A stretch of DNA of 61,158 bases, filler included, from 7 parts of 7 records of this genome joined end to end with filler, not necessarily neighbours in it, one strand, 5' to 3'; counted from the whole stretch's first letter, positions 39,788-48,572 are shown. Program-made: numbers and translations. Notes: a model not told the origin generated them from the sequence alone.

Positions 39788-40750
39788 TTATTTTGACGAT
39801 TTTCTCAATGCTGTGGGACTATATCCATACTTTTTTTTGAACTCTCGGGCTAAATGGTTACCCTTTTTAAATCCTACCATTTTTGCGATGGAACCGATGG
39901 TCTTATTGGAGTGTTCTATCAAAACATGGGCTCTTCTGAGTCGCTCATTTTTTTGATATTGAAAGGGGGTCATAGCATATAATTCCTTGAACCCCCTCTT
40001 GAATTTGTATTCGTTGGTCCAGCATAATTGGGCAAGGGTTTTTATTGATGGCAAGGTTTCGTCCAAATTGTCCAGAATATAATCCTTTACCCTTCTTAGG
40101 TTATCAAAGTCGACCATATTGAGGAGAGGCTCTTCTTTGTCCATCTTTTTAGATAGAAGTTTATGATCCTGCAGTTGTAGCTCTACCTTCTTTTTTATCT
40201 TTCTTTCCTTAATTCCTTTATTTTGGACCATATCAAAACTGGTTATGATGGTTCTTTCTTTATTATTTGTATTATTCAGAAAACGAATGATATGGCAATG
40301 AGCAGGTAGCTCCAACCCCGATTGTTCCATAAAGGTCAGGTTTACGGTCATTTCCGAAATAGAGGAACGGTTCAATTCCTTCAATAATTTTTTCCATCCT
40401 TTTCGGGAATCATTGGTCAATAGATTAATGAATGGAGTATCAAGCAAGGCCGTTTTATCATATCCTAGCAATTCTTCCACTTTATAGTTCGTTTTTATTA
40501 TCTGGCCACTATCGTTGATTTCAAAGAACATTTGAACGACTAAGTGGTAGGAATTGTGAAGGTTGACGAATGCTTGGTGCCTAAAGGCATCCTTTATTTC
40601 TTCGCTGGCACTGTTGGTCAAAAAGGTCAAAGCTTCCAAGATATCATCATTGTCCGACCGATTGATCTGATACGAGAAATTCCCATTGGAGATTTTGACC
40701 AATTGGGAGAAAATGTCTTCCAGTCTTTTTTTGTTTTCCGGTCGGTCCAT
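39788..40750 (-). CDS. AraC-family regulator with N-terminal HAMP-like and PAS-like segments
   Basis: C-terminal LPSIKTLA...NEYKFKRGFK...IAKMVGF...FKKKYGYSP AraC HTH; central G.I...N....ELLGY PAS signature. Confidence 0.85.
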   Translation of the reverse strand: MDRPENKKRLEDIFSQLVKISNGNFSYQINRSDNDDILEALTFLTNSASEEIKDAFRHQAFVNLHNSYHLVVQMFFEINDSGQIIKTNYKVEELLGYDKTALLDTPFINLLTNDSRKGWKKLLKELNRSSISEMTVNLTFMEQSGLELPAHCHIIRFLNNTNNKERTIITSFDMVQNKGIKERKIKKKVELQLQDHKLLSKKMDKEEPLLNMVDFDNLRRVKDYILDNLDETLPSIKTLAQLCWTNEYKFKRGFKELYAMTPFQYQKNERLRRAHVLIEHSNKTIGSIAKMVGFKKGNHLAREFKKKYGYSPTALRKSSK

Positions 40751-40789
40751 GATTAAAATTTTATATTGATACTATTTAGATTTTGCGCT

Positions 40790-41161
40790 TTAGAGATTGT
40801 GAACAATAAACCGCTCAGCTTCTTTTATATCCTCGAACACTTGAGTTGACACAGTCGATATTTTGGTAATGATAAATTTGGAGAATGCCTGCTCCAAAGG
40901 GGTGGTTGCAACTAGCACGAGACATTTGATCAATCCTGTCCCCTCATTTGCCAAGTATCGCCAAGCATCCTTGTCCACATTTTTAAGACCTTTCAAACTG
41001 CACAAAATGTGATAGGGCTTTCCTTGTTGTAACCTTATTCTTTGTGCGACGACTTTTTTTGCACCAGAAAGATCTATATACGCTTGTTCTTTCCAAATGA
41101 AGAATAGTATATCCTTTTCTATCCACATGGTCGCAATTTCGGTTTCCACAAATCTTTTCAT
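40790..41161 (-). CDS. Small STAS/SEC14-like protein (DUF7793-type)
   Basis: 123-aa alpha/beta protein with IDL..AK..V..R, D.DA..YLA and a C-terminal VF....EA..F pattern. Family assigned by pattern recall only. Confidence 0.55.
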   Translation of the reverse strand: MKRFVETEIATMWIEKDILFFIWKEQAYIDLSGAKKVVAQRIRLQQGKPYHILCSLKGLKNVDKDAWRYLANEGTGLIKCLVLVATTPLEQAFSKFIITKISTVSTQVFEDIKEAERFIVHNL

Positions 41162-41522
41162 GCCCTTCCAGTTTCAAAATGGTCTTTTAAAGTAAAAATT
41201 TTTAAAATGAATAATTAACAAGAAAAATCTGATTTTTAACAGAGTTGGCTCTAAAATGTAAAAAAGTGGATCTGTAAAGGATTTTTTTGACCCGAACAAG
41301 CTTGTGAAATACAACACCCCATTGATTTTGATTAGTTTAAAACAGTTTTGTTTGAATGATAAAAATGGATGTTAGCATAGCTTTATGATTAAAATTTAGT
41401 TCAATTTGAGTTTAATTCCACTCTTTGTAGGGGAAACCACAAGAGTTCATAAAAACCAAAGACCAGGTCTATGTCCAACCTATGAAAGTTACAAATGGCT
41501 CACGGGGTACTTTTTAAAGATT

Positions 41523-41785
41523 ATGGACATGAAATATCAAAAACTGCTGTCGGAATTTGAAGGCCAATTGGATCAACTGGATCATGGTGGAGGAGATATT
41601 TTATTTAGGGCCGAAAAGGGGATTGTTCTGGTGGAAAAAGTATCCGAGCGTTACAAAAGAAGGTGGCGGAGAAGCCATTTCCTTCGAAGGAGGATGAAAT
41701 CTATTTCTTCAAACATGTCAAGCCCCAGATCTTTAGTAAACTGATATATTACATCAAGTTGTTCAATATTGAGAGCAAACGTCCA
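41523..41785 (+). pseudogene. rteC: RteC-domain regulator remnant (frameshifted and truncated)
   Basis: MDMKYQKLL...LVEK, a frameshift near 41640, then IRALQKKV...EDEIYFFKHVKPQIFSKLIYYIKLFNIESKRP (RteC hallmark), after which homology ends. Confidence 0.8.
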
Positions 41786-41786
41786 C

Positions 41787-41905
41787 TCAGGTCCAGATCA
41801 TCAGGGTAATCCAGTAATTGATAAAACTCTTTATTGTCCTTGGGATGCAATTGTTCTACCTTTCCGTTGAGTTGTGGCCTTCTCGGCTTTATGTAACGGC
41901 ATGCC
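41787..41905 (-). mobile_element. IS481-like transposase fragment
   Basis: RYIKPRRPQLNGKVEQLH..D.KEFYQLL resembles the integrase-core P..PQ.NGKVER motif. No complete ORF is present. Confidence 0.65.
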
Positions 41906-42006
41906 GGATAACTTCCATAGGAGAGTTTTTCTTTTTTTGAACCCATTGGCTTTTAAAGTAATTCCAGCCCCCCTTCAGAAATAGCTTCATTTTTTTATCC
42001 CAAACC

Positions 42007-42033
42007 TTTATTGTAACAGAATGTTACAATAAA
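42007..42033. promoter_or_regulatory. Perfect 12-bp inverted repeat, candidate operator upstream of the esterase
   Basis: TTTATTGTAACA-GAA-TGTTACAATAAA. Confidence 0.55.
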
Positions 42034-42159
42034 AAATACCATATCTTAGTGATATCATTCACAGGGATGATTTGATTTTTACTAGGCTGACCGTAACGGA
42101 TGTAAGTAAAAATCAACCCAATAACAATAACACATAAACAACAACTAAACAAAATCAGG

Positions 42160-42831
42160 ATGAAAAAAGCAGTAAACAAACTAGGTAGGTTCCGCATTCA
42201 ATTGATGTTGGTAATCTTGACCCTGCCATTAGCGGCCATTGGTCAAGAAGTCGGTTCCATGGAGCGACTGGTCTCTCCCGAAATTGCCGATGACAACACG
42301 GTAACGTTTAGAATTAAGGCGCCCAAGGCGGAAAAGGTGGTCTTATCCGGCAATTGGATGCCAATGGTAGGCGAGGGAATGGCCATGACCCGAAAGACCG
42401 TAGCGCTGACCAAAGGTGAAAACGGTGTCTGGTCCACCACGGTCGGACCGTTGGAGCCAGAACTTTATGGCTACACTTTTGTCGTAGATGACGTCAATAC
42501 GTTGGATACCGCCAATTTGATGGTTGCCCGTGACGGCACATTCCGAACAGAAAACGTGTTGTACATTCCTGGGAAAGCCTCCGAACTTTATTGGGTCAAA
42601 ACAGGGTCCAAAGGCACAGTTCACCAAGTTTGGTACGAGTCCCCGACCTTGGATCTAACCCGTAGAATGTATGTGTACACACCACCGGGGTATGCCGACA
42701 GCAACGAGAACTACCCTGTTCTGTACCTATTGCACGGTGGAGGTGGAGACGAAGAGGCATGGCCAACCCTTGGGGTTGCCAACCATATCTTGGACAATTT
42801 GATCAACTCAGGAAAAGCCAAACCTATGATC
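42160..42831 (+). CDS. Secreted carbohydrate esterase (CBM48-like + CE1-type alpha/beta hydrolase), 3'-truncated
   Basis: Signal peptide, SPEI..D.TVTFR..AP.A, RRMYVYTPPGY and YPVLYLLHGGGGDEEAW motifs. Confidence 0.88.
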
Positions 42832-42931
42832 NNNNNNNNNNNNNNNNNNNNNNNNNNNNNNNNNNNNNNNNNNNNTTAATTAATTAANNNNNNNNNNNNN
42901 NNNNNNNNNNNNNNNNNNNNNNNNNNNNNNN
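42832..42931. other. Artificial contig spacer
   Basis: N44-TTAATTAATTAA-N44. Confidence 0.98.
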
Positions 42932-43227
42932 GATCCATCGCGGACAACCGGCTGGGTGGATGGTACAGCTACCGCGCTGCCAAGGCGGGGGTGAACCAAT
43001 TGATCCACACTTCAGCAGTCGAACTGGCACGGACACATCCACAATTGGCCTGCGTCTGTCTGCATCCCGGCACCGTCGAAACGCCCTTTACCGCGAAATA
43101 CGCCGCCCGCCACCCGACGGTCACAGCAGAGCATGCAGCAGAGAGGTTGGTGGCGGTGATGTCGGGGCTACTGGCCAAGGACACCGGAAAATTCCTAGAT
43201 TATGCTGGTCAGGAAATCCCGTGGTGA
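42932..43227 (+). CDS. SDR oxidoreductase (CsgA/C-factor-like), 5'-truncated
   Basis: SIADNRLGGWYSYRAAKAG (YxxxK), LHPGTVET and a C-terminal G.FLDY.G.EIPW. Confidence 0.9.
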
Positions 43228-44747
43228 GCCGCCTGATTTTGGTCTTGGGCGACCAGTTGAGTGAAGGACTTGCTGCGCTCAAGGCGGCTGACAAGGCGCG
43301 CGATGTGGTGGTTATGGCCGAAGTCGCGGATGAAGCGGGCTATGTCCCGCACCACCCCAAGAAGATCGCACTGATCTTTGCCGCGATGCGCAAGTTCGCG
43401 GCGCAGTTGCGGAACGATGGCTGGGATGTGCGGTACGCTAAACTGGACGACACTGGAAACGCCAGGTCCATCTGCGGCGAACTTTTGCGCCGCGCTGAGG
43501 AGACAGGCGCGACCGAGGTCATTGCCACAGAGCCCGGAGAATGGCGTCTGATCAATGCCCTACAGCATTGCCCACTAAAGGTGCGGATGCTGGAGGATGA
43601 CAGGTTCATTGCCTCTCACGCCGAGTTCGACAACTGGGCAGACGGGCGCAAGGCGCTCCGGATGGAGTATTTCTATCGCGACATGCGGCGCAAGACGGGG
43701 CTGCTGATGGAGGGGGACAAGCCGGTGGGCGGCCAGTGGAACTATGACCACGATAACCGCAAACCGGCTCCGGATGAAGTGACGCATGCCCCCCTCTGGT
43801 TTGAGCCGGATGAGGAAATCAAAGAGGTTCTGGACCTTGTCGAGGCCCGCTTTGCCGACAACTTCGGGGCCTTGCGGCCGTTTGGGTTTGCCACGGACCG
43901 AGAGCAGGCGTTGCGCGCGCTTGGGCATTTTGTGGACCATGCCCTGCCGCGTTTCGGCGACTATCAGGACGCGATACAGGACCGGAACAGGTTTCTTTAT
44001 CACTCGCTCTTGTCGGCTTACATCAACATTGGACTTCTGGATGCGCTGGAAGTGTGCCAAGCAGTTGAAAAAGCGTATGAAAATGGGGGTGTCCCGATCA
44101 ACGCCGCAGAAGGGTTCATCCGGCAGATCATCGGCTGGCGGGAGTACATGCGTGGCATCTATTTTCGCGAGGGGCCAGAGTATCCATCGCGCAACGTGTT
44201 GAAACATAGCCGGACGTTGCCAGCCCTTTACTGGGGTGCTGAGACGGATATGCGATGTATGGCCAAGGCGGTCGAGCAGACGCGCGATGAGGCATACGCC
44301 CATCACATCCAACGGCTGATGGTGACGGGTAATTTCGGTCTTCTGGCGGGCATTGATCCGGGCGCGCTGCACGAATGGTATTTAAGCGTCTATGTTGATG
44401 CGTTTGAGTGGGTCGAGGCACCAAACACCGTAGGAATGAGCCAATTCGCCGATGGTGGTCTGGTCGCGTCAAAGCCTTATGTGTCTTCGGGAAATTACAT
44501 CAACAAAATGTCGGACCACTGTAAGGTTTGCGCCTATTCGGTGACGAAAAAGACGGGTGAGGGGGCTTGTCCGTTCAATCTGCTGTACTGGCATTTTATG
44601 GACCGGCACCGCGAAAGGTTTGAGGGCAATCCACGCATGGCTCAAATGTACCGTACCTTTGATCGTATGGACTCCGACAAGCGGGAAACTGTGCTGAATG
44701 AGGCGCAGGGTTTTCTCGACCGGATGGATGCCGGAGAAAGGGTCTGA
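43224..44747 (+). CDS. cryB: Fe-S bacterial cryptochrome/(6-4) photolyase (CryB/PhrB family)
   Basis: GTG start overlaps the SDR stop. LILVLGDQL, HHPKKI, RMEYFYR, WNYDHDNR, YAHHIQRLM and four Cys (MRCM, HCKVC, ACPF) for a 4Fe-4S cluster. Confidence 0.92.
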   Translation: MSRLILVLGDQLSEGLAALKAADKARDVVVMAEVADEAGYVPHHPKKIALIFAAMRKFAAQLRNDGWDVRYAKLDDTGNARSICGELLRRAEETGATEVIATEPGEWRLINALQHCPLKVRMLEDDRFIASHAEFDNWADGRKALRMEYFYRDMRRKTGLLMEGDKPVGGQWNYDHDNRKPAPDEVTHAPLWFEPDEEIKEVLDLVEARFADNFGALRPFGFATDREQALRALGHFVDHALPRFGDYQDAIQDRNRFLYHSLLSAYINIGLLDALEVCQAVEKAYENGGVPINAAEGFIRQIIGWREYMRGIYFREGPEYPSRNVLKHSRTLPALYWGAETDMRCMAKAVEQTRDEAYAHHIQRLMVTGNFGLLAGIDPGALHEWYLSVYVDAFEWVEAPNTVGMSQFADGGLVASKPYVSSGNYINKMSDHCKVCAYSVTKKTGEGACPFNLLYWHFMDRHRERFEGNPRMAQMYRTFDRMDSDKRETVLNEAQGFLDRMDAGERV

Positions 44748-44813
44748 CGCCGCTCTGATACGACGGGTTCTGCGGCGCGCCACCGCCTATAACAGGCGAT
44801 GGCGCAACGCTGC

Positions 44814-45272
44814 TTATGGCTTGATGTAGGTATAGCCTTCTTGCTGCAGCTTCGACAGCTCGGCCACGCCCGACGGCACGATATCATCCTCCCACACGTC
44901 GTAGAGGTCGTCGGAGTAGTTGATGTTGCGTCCGGTGAGGGTGTTATTGCAGACGTGAAATTTTACGTTCTGAGATTTCAACCCGCCGATAACTGTCTGT
45001 AGACCGTCGTCTGCCATGGCCGATTGCAGCATGCTGATGCCGTTACCGTGCAGCACAACCTTGATATCCATGTTCTCGACGCCGACGGCATTGATGTGGT
45101 TCTGAATGTTGCGCATAGCGCCGCGATAGGCTTTGGAGTTCTCCCCACCAAGATAATTGATGTGATAGACGACTTTCTGTTTGCCATACCCTTCGGCAAA
45201 CGACGCGTTCGGTGTCGCAAAAAGCGCGATGGCAAGCCCGATGATGGCAGCAAGGCGGATGAAGTGAGTCAT
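44814..45272 (-). CDS. Exported DsrE/DsrF-like family protein
   Basis: Signal peptide, QKVVYHIN, NIQNH, VVLHGNG, conserved VCNNTL cysteine and VPSGVAEL..LQ..GY.YIKP; RBS before ATG 45272. Confidence 0.85.
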   Translation of the reverse strand: MTHFIRLAAIIGLAIALFATPNASFAEGYGKQKVVYHINYLGGENSKAYRGAMRNIQNHINAVGVENMDIKVVLHGNGISMLQSAMADDGLQTVIGGLKSQNVKFHVCNNTLTGRNINYSDDLYDVWEDDIVPSGVAELSKLQQEGYTYIKP

Positions 45273-45399
45273 TGTTCTGGTCTCCTCCCAAAAGGGCGGG
45301 CTGACCGTGCCCGCCAAAGACCAGAATGCCGCATGGGCACTGCCGCCGCACACCCCGCAAAACCCCGTGTTTCATGCGGGTTTGGTCCCCGGGAATACC

Positions 45400-46665
45400 C
45401 TAGGTTTCCGGAATCGCCTCTGATTCCTGCTGTCCGGCGCGGGCGATAAGCTGGGCGGAACTGCGGGCCTCGAACTTGCGCAGCAGGTTGGCGCGGTGAA
45501 ACTCGACCGTCTTGGGGCTGATGCCTAATTGCGCGGCGATTTCCTTTGTCGATTTGCCTGCGCCGATCTGCGCCAGCACCTGCGTCTCTCGCCGGGTCAG
45601 CGAAACGGTGTCCTGATCCCTTGTTGGCTTGGCTCCCCGGGTCGGGCCGCCGCGCCGCACCCGTATAACGACCAGGCCACCTCCAAGACCAAGCACACCA
45701 GCAGCGCCGACAAACAGCCAGAGCACAAACGTGGTGCCGGGGTTGCCGACATCCGTTGTGGGTGACGACCGGCCCGCAAAGGCAGCGACCAGTGCATGCG
45801 CGTCATGGTAGCTGACCGGCGCGCCCCAGGGGTCTGGCAGACCACGATCCGTGCTTTGCAGCAGGGCCAGCGCCACCGCGTCGCGCATTGCAGCATCGGT
45901 TCCAGCCAGCGCCAGAAATGGCCATTCCGGGTAAAGGCGTGTGCTGACCGCCTCAGGGTGGGTGTAGGTGACATTGGCATTGAGCGCGCGAAGGCTATCG
46001 CTGGGCACAGTGCCTTCGATTACCAACCGTTCCAGCAGGCCACTGCGTACAATGCCTGCGTCCAGTTTGCCCGACAGAACGTCCGCGACAATCGCGTCCT
46101 GCGGAAAGCCGTAAAAGACAAGGTCGGCGGGATCGTCGAAAAGATCGACACCCTGGGCGCGTGCCTCGAACCAAGTCATTTGGAACCCGCCAAAGGCCTG
46201 CGGAGCCACCGCCCCGACCCGCGCGCCGCGCAGATCGGCAAAGGTGGTCAATTGGCTGTCCGTCCGCACCAGCACCGCCGAGCCGAATTGCAGCGTATGT
46301 GCGCCATCCGCCAGAGAACGCTTACGCGTGGCCAGCACGCTCATCGGATACTGCCCGGCAAGGTCGATGTAGTGGCCGGGGTTGGTTATGAGAAAGTCCA
46401 GCCCGCCCGCATTAATCAACGGCCCGGCAGAGGTCAGCGTGACCGGGACAAACCGCACCACATGGGCGGGCAGGGCCTCTTGCAGATAGGTGGCAAGCCG
46501 GGACCACTGCGACTCTCCCGCGTTCCAGCCGCGATGCGCCAGAACTCCGACGCGGACGATTGGACGTTCGATGTCCTGCGCGCGCGAGGGGATGGCGCAC
46601 AGGCACGACAGCAGGAGGCACAGCAGGAGTGCGCGCGCGCCGCCTAATCCATCGGCACGGATCAT
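45400..46665 (-). CDS. PhnD/TtrS-like periplasmic binding domain + TM helix + LuxR/FixJ-type HTH (one-component regulator)
   Basis: Signal peptide; VRVGVLAHRG, DFLITNPGHY, AFGGF, DAGIVRSGLLE and STRLYPEWPF sensor motifs; TM FVLWLFVGAAGVLGLGGGLVVI-RVRR; LTRRETQVL...GKSTKEIAAQLGISPKTVEFHRANL HTH. Confidence 0.85.
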   Translation of the reverse strand: MIRADGLGGARALLLCLLLSCLCAIPSRAQDIERPIVRVGVLAHRGWNAGESQWSRLATYLQEALPAHVVRFVPVTLTSAGPLINAGGLDFLITNPGHYIDLAGQYPMSVLATRKRSLADGAHTLQFGSAVLVRTDSQLTTFADLRGARVGAVAPQAFGGFQMTWFEARAQGVDLFDDPADLVFYGFPQDAIVADVLSGKLDAGIVRSGLLERLVIEGTVPSDSLRALNANVTYTHPEAVSTRLYPEWPFLALAGTDAAMRDAVALALLQSTDRGLPDPWGAPVSYHDAHALVAAFAGRSSPTTDVGNPGTTFVLWLFVGAAGVLGLGGGLVVIRVRRGGPTRGAKPTRDQDTVSLTRRETQVLAQIGAGKSTKEIAAQLGISPKTVEFHRANLLRKFEARSSAQLIARAGQQESEAIPET

Positions 46666-46706
46666 CCGCCAATAATACGATGTGTCGTCGCGGTTGGCGC
46701 GGCCGT

Positions 46707-47718
46707 TCAATTGTCCGCCGGTGCGGGGACAGGGGCGGGATCTGGCGCGGCTTGTGGTTCAGGTGCGGGGGCCGGCGGAACGGCGCGCAGGGCGCCGCCA
46801 ACCCAATCGCCTGACGCCTCTTCGCCGGTGGCGTATTTCATCGTGCCCTGACCTTGGCGTTTGCCGTCCTTGAACGTGCCCTGATAAATGTCGCCGTTGG
46901 CGTAGACGGCGATGCCCTCGCCGTTGATTTCACCGCGCACCCATGTGCCCTCGTAGCGAAAGCCAGAGGCCATTTCGATAACGCCTTTGCCGTGGCGCTG
47001 GCCCTCACGGAACTGGCCATCGTAAACGGTGCCGTCGGGATAGGTCGCCTTGCCCTCTCCATGACGTTGGCCGTTCTGCCAATTGCCCTCATAGCGGTAG
47101 CCGTCGGGGTACGTCATGACGCCAAACCCGTCATTGCGGGCATTTTCAAAGCTGCCCTCATAGACCAGCCCGTTGGGATAGGTCGCACGGCCCTTGCCCT
47201 GAATCACGCCGTTGACCCACTCGCCGGAATAGGTTGCGCCATCGGGATAGGTGATCGTGCCAATGCCATTGGCAAGGTCGCCCTTGAACTGGCCTTCGTA
47301 GACAGAACCGTCGGGATAAGTGACCTTGCCCTTGCCCTCGATCTGGCCGGTGATCCAGTTGCCATCGTAGCGATAGCCGTCCTTGCCGACAAAGCTGCCG
47401 GTGCCGTGGCGCTGGTCATTGTTGAACTGGCCTTCGTAGATATCGCCGTTCTCGTAGATGACCTTGCCCTTGCCCTCACGCCGACCATCGACAAGCTGGC
47501 CCTCATATACGTCACCATTGGGCTGGATCAGCTTGCCTTCGCCGTCGATCTGCCCTTCACGCCATGTGCCTTCGTAGATCAGGCCATCGGGCATCGTCAG
47601 CTTGCCAAAGCCGTCGCGTTCACCATCGGCGACGCGGCCATCGTAGATCGACTTGTCGGGGTAGGTGACTTTGGCAACGCCTTCCTTGACGCCGTTCACC
47701 CATTGGCCGTCATAGACG
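46707..47718 (-). CDS. MORN-repeat protein, 5'-truncated
   Basis: Repeated YEG.W..G...G.G..TYPDG 23-aa units and a Pro-rich tail. Confidence 0.92.
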
Positions 47719-47818
47719 NNNNNNNNNNNNNNNNNNNNNNNNNNNNNNNNNNNNNNNNNNNNTTAATTAATTAANNNNNNNNNNNNNNNNNNNNNNNNNN
47801 NNNNNNNNNNNNNNNNNN
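47719..47818. other. Artificial contig spacer
   Basis: N44-TTAATTAATTAA-N44. Confidence 0.98.
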
Positions 47819-47819
47819 T

Positions 47820-48533
47820 TCTTCTGCAAAAGACGATGCTGCTACCTTCGCTATCGCGCAAAAACTGCGTGGTGACGTTGCTGGTTTGAACGCTGTTAAG
47901 TCTTCACTTGACCGTGCGACATCCACAGTTGACGTTGCTATTGCAGCGGGTGAAGCTGTGTCTGACCTTCTTATTGAACTCAAAGAGAAGGCAGTTGCAG
48001 CGAAAGATAGCGGCCTTGATACAGCAAGCCGTACGTCGCTCAACAACGACTTTTCCCAACTTCGTTCGCAGATCACGTCGATCGTGTCGAACGCTGAGTT
48101 CAACGGCTCCAACGTTGTGAACTCAAGCGGTGATGCTGTTGTTGCGATCACGAACGATACTGGTTCAAACGTGATCTCGATCGCGGCACAGGACCTCTCC
48201 GTAGGTGGTGCAAACGTAACACTGACAGGCACACAGTCTATCGGCACAGAAACTGCTGCCGCATTGGTTGTAACAGCAATCGAGTCCTCTATCGCTAACG
48301 TAAACGATGCTCTGTCTGCACTGGGTTCCGGTGCGAAACGGATTGAGCTTCAGCGTTCGTTTGTGGACAAACTTTCTGACACTATCGAAGTGGGTATCGG
48401 TAACCTCGTGGACGCCGACCTCGCCAAAGAATCTGCCAATCTGCAAGCTCTGCAGGTTAAACAGCAACTTGGCTTGCAAGCACTTTCGATCGCCAACCAG
48501 GCGCCATCGACAGTACTTGGCCTCTTCCGTTAA
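47820..48533 (+). CDS. Flagellin (alphaproteobacterial type), 5'-truncated
   Basis: SSAKDDAATFAIAQ, NAEFNG and GNLVDADLAKESANLQALQVKQQLGLQALSIANQAP motifs. Confidence 0.96.
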   Translation, partial: SSAKDDAATFAIAQKLRGDVAGLNAVKSSLDRATSTVDVAIAAGEAVSDLLIELKEKAVAAKDSGLDTASRTSLNNDFSQLRSQITSIVSNAEFNGSNVVNSSGDAVVAITNDTGSNVISIAAQDLSVGGANVTLTGTQSIGTETAAALVVTAIESSIANVNDALSALGSGAKRIELQRSFVDKLSDTIEVGIGNLVDADLAKESANLQALQVKQQLGLQALSIANQAPSTVLGLFR

Positions 48534-48541
48534 TAGGTATT

Positions 48542-48572
48542 CGGGTGAGCCTCCTGGCTCACCCGCCCTTTA
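48542..48572 (+). terminator. Hairpin after flagellin (terminator or transcript stabiliser)
   Basis: CGGGTGAGCC-TCCT-GGCTCACCCG, followed by only a short T run. Confidence 0.6.

Noticed and set aside
41406-41946. ORFs 41406-41744 (+) and 41749-41946 (-) as intact genes
   Set aside because: They are chimeric readings of the frameshifted rteC and the IS481-like fragment.
42960-43223. N-terminal 88 aa of the 595-aa photolyase ORF as an extra domain
   Set aside because: This stretch is the SDR gene in another frame. The photolyase most likely starts at GTG 43224, overlapping the SDR stop.
46707-47718. 69-bp periodicity as a possible DNA repeat array
   Set aside because: Explained by 23-aa MORN protein repeats; there are no conserved nucleotide repeats with unique spacers.
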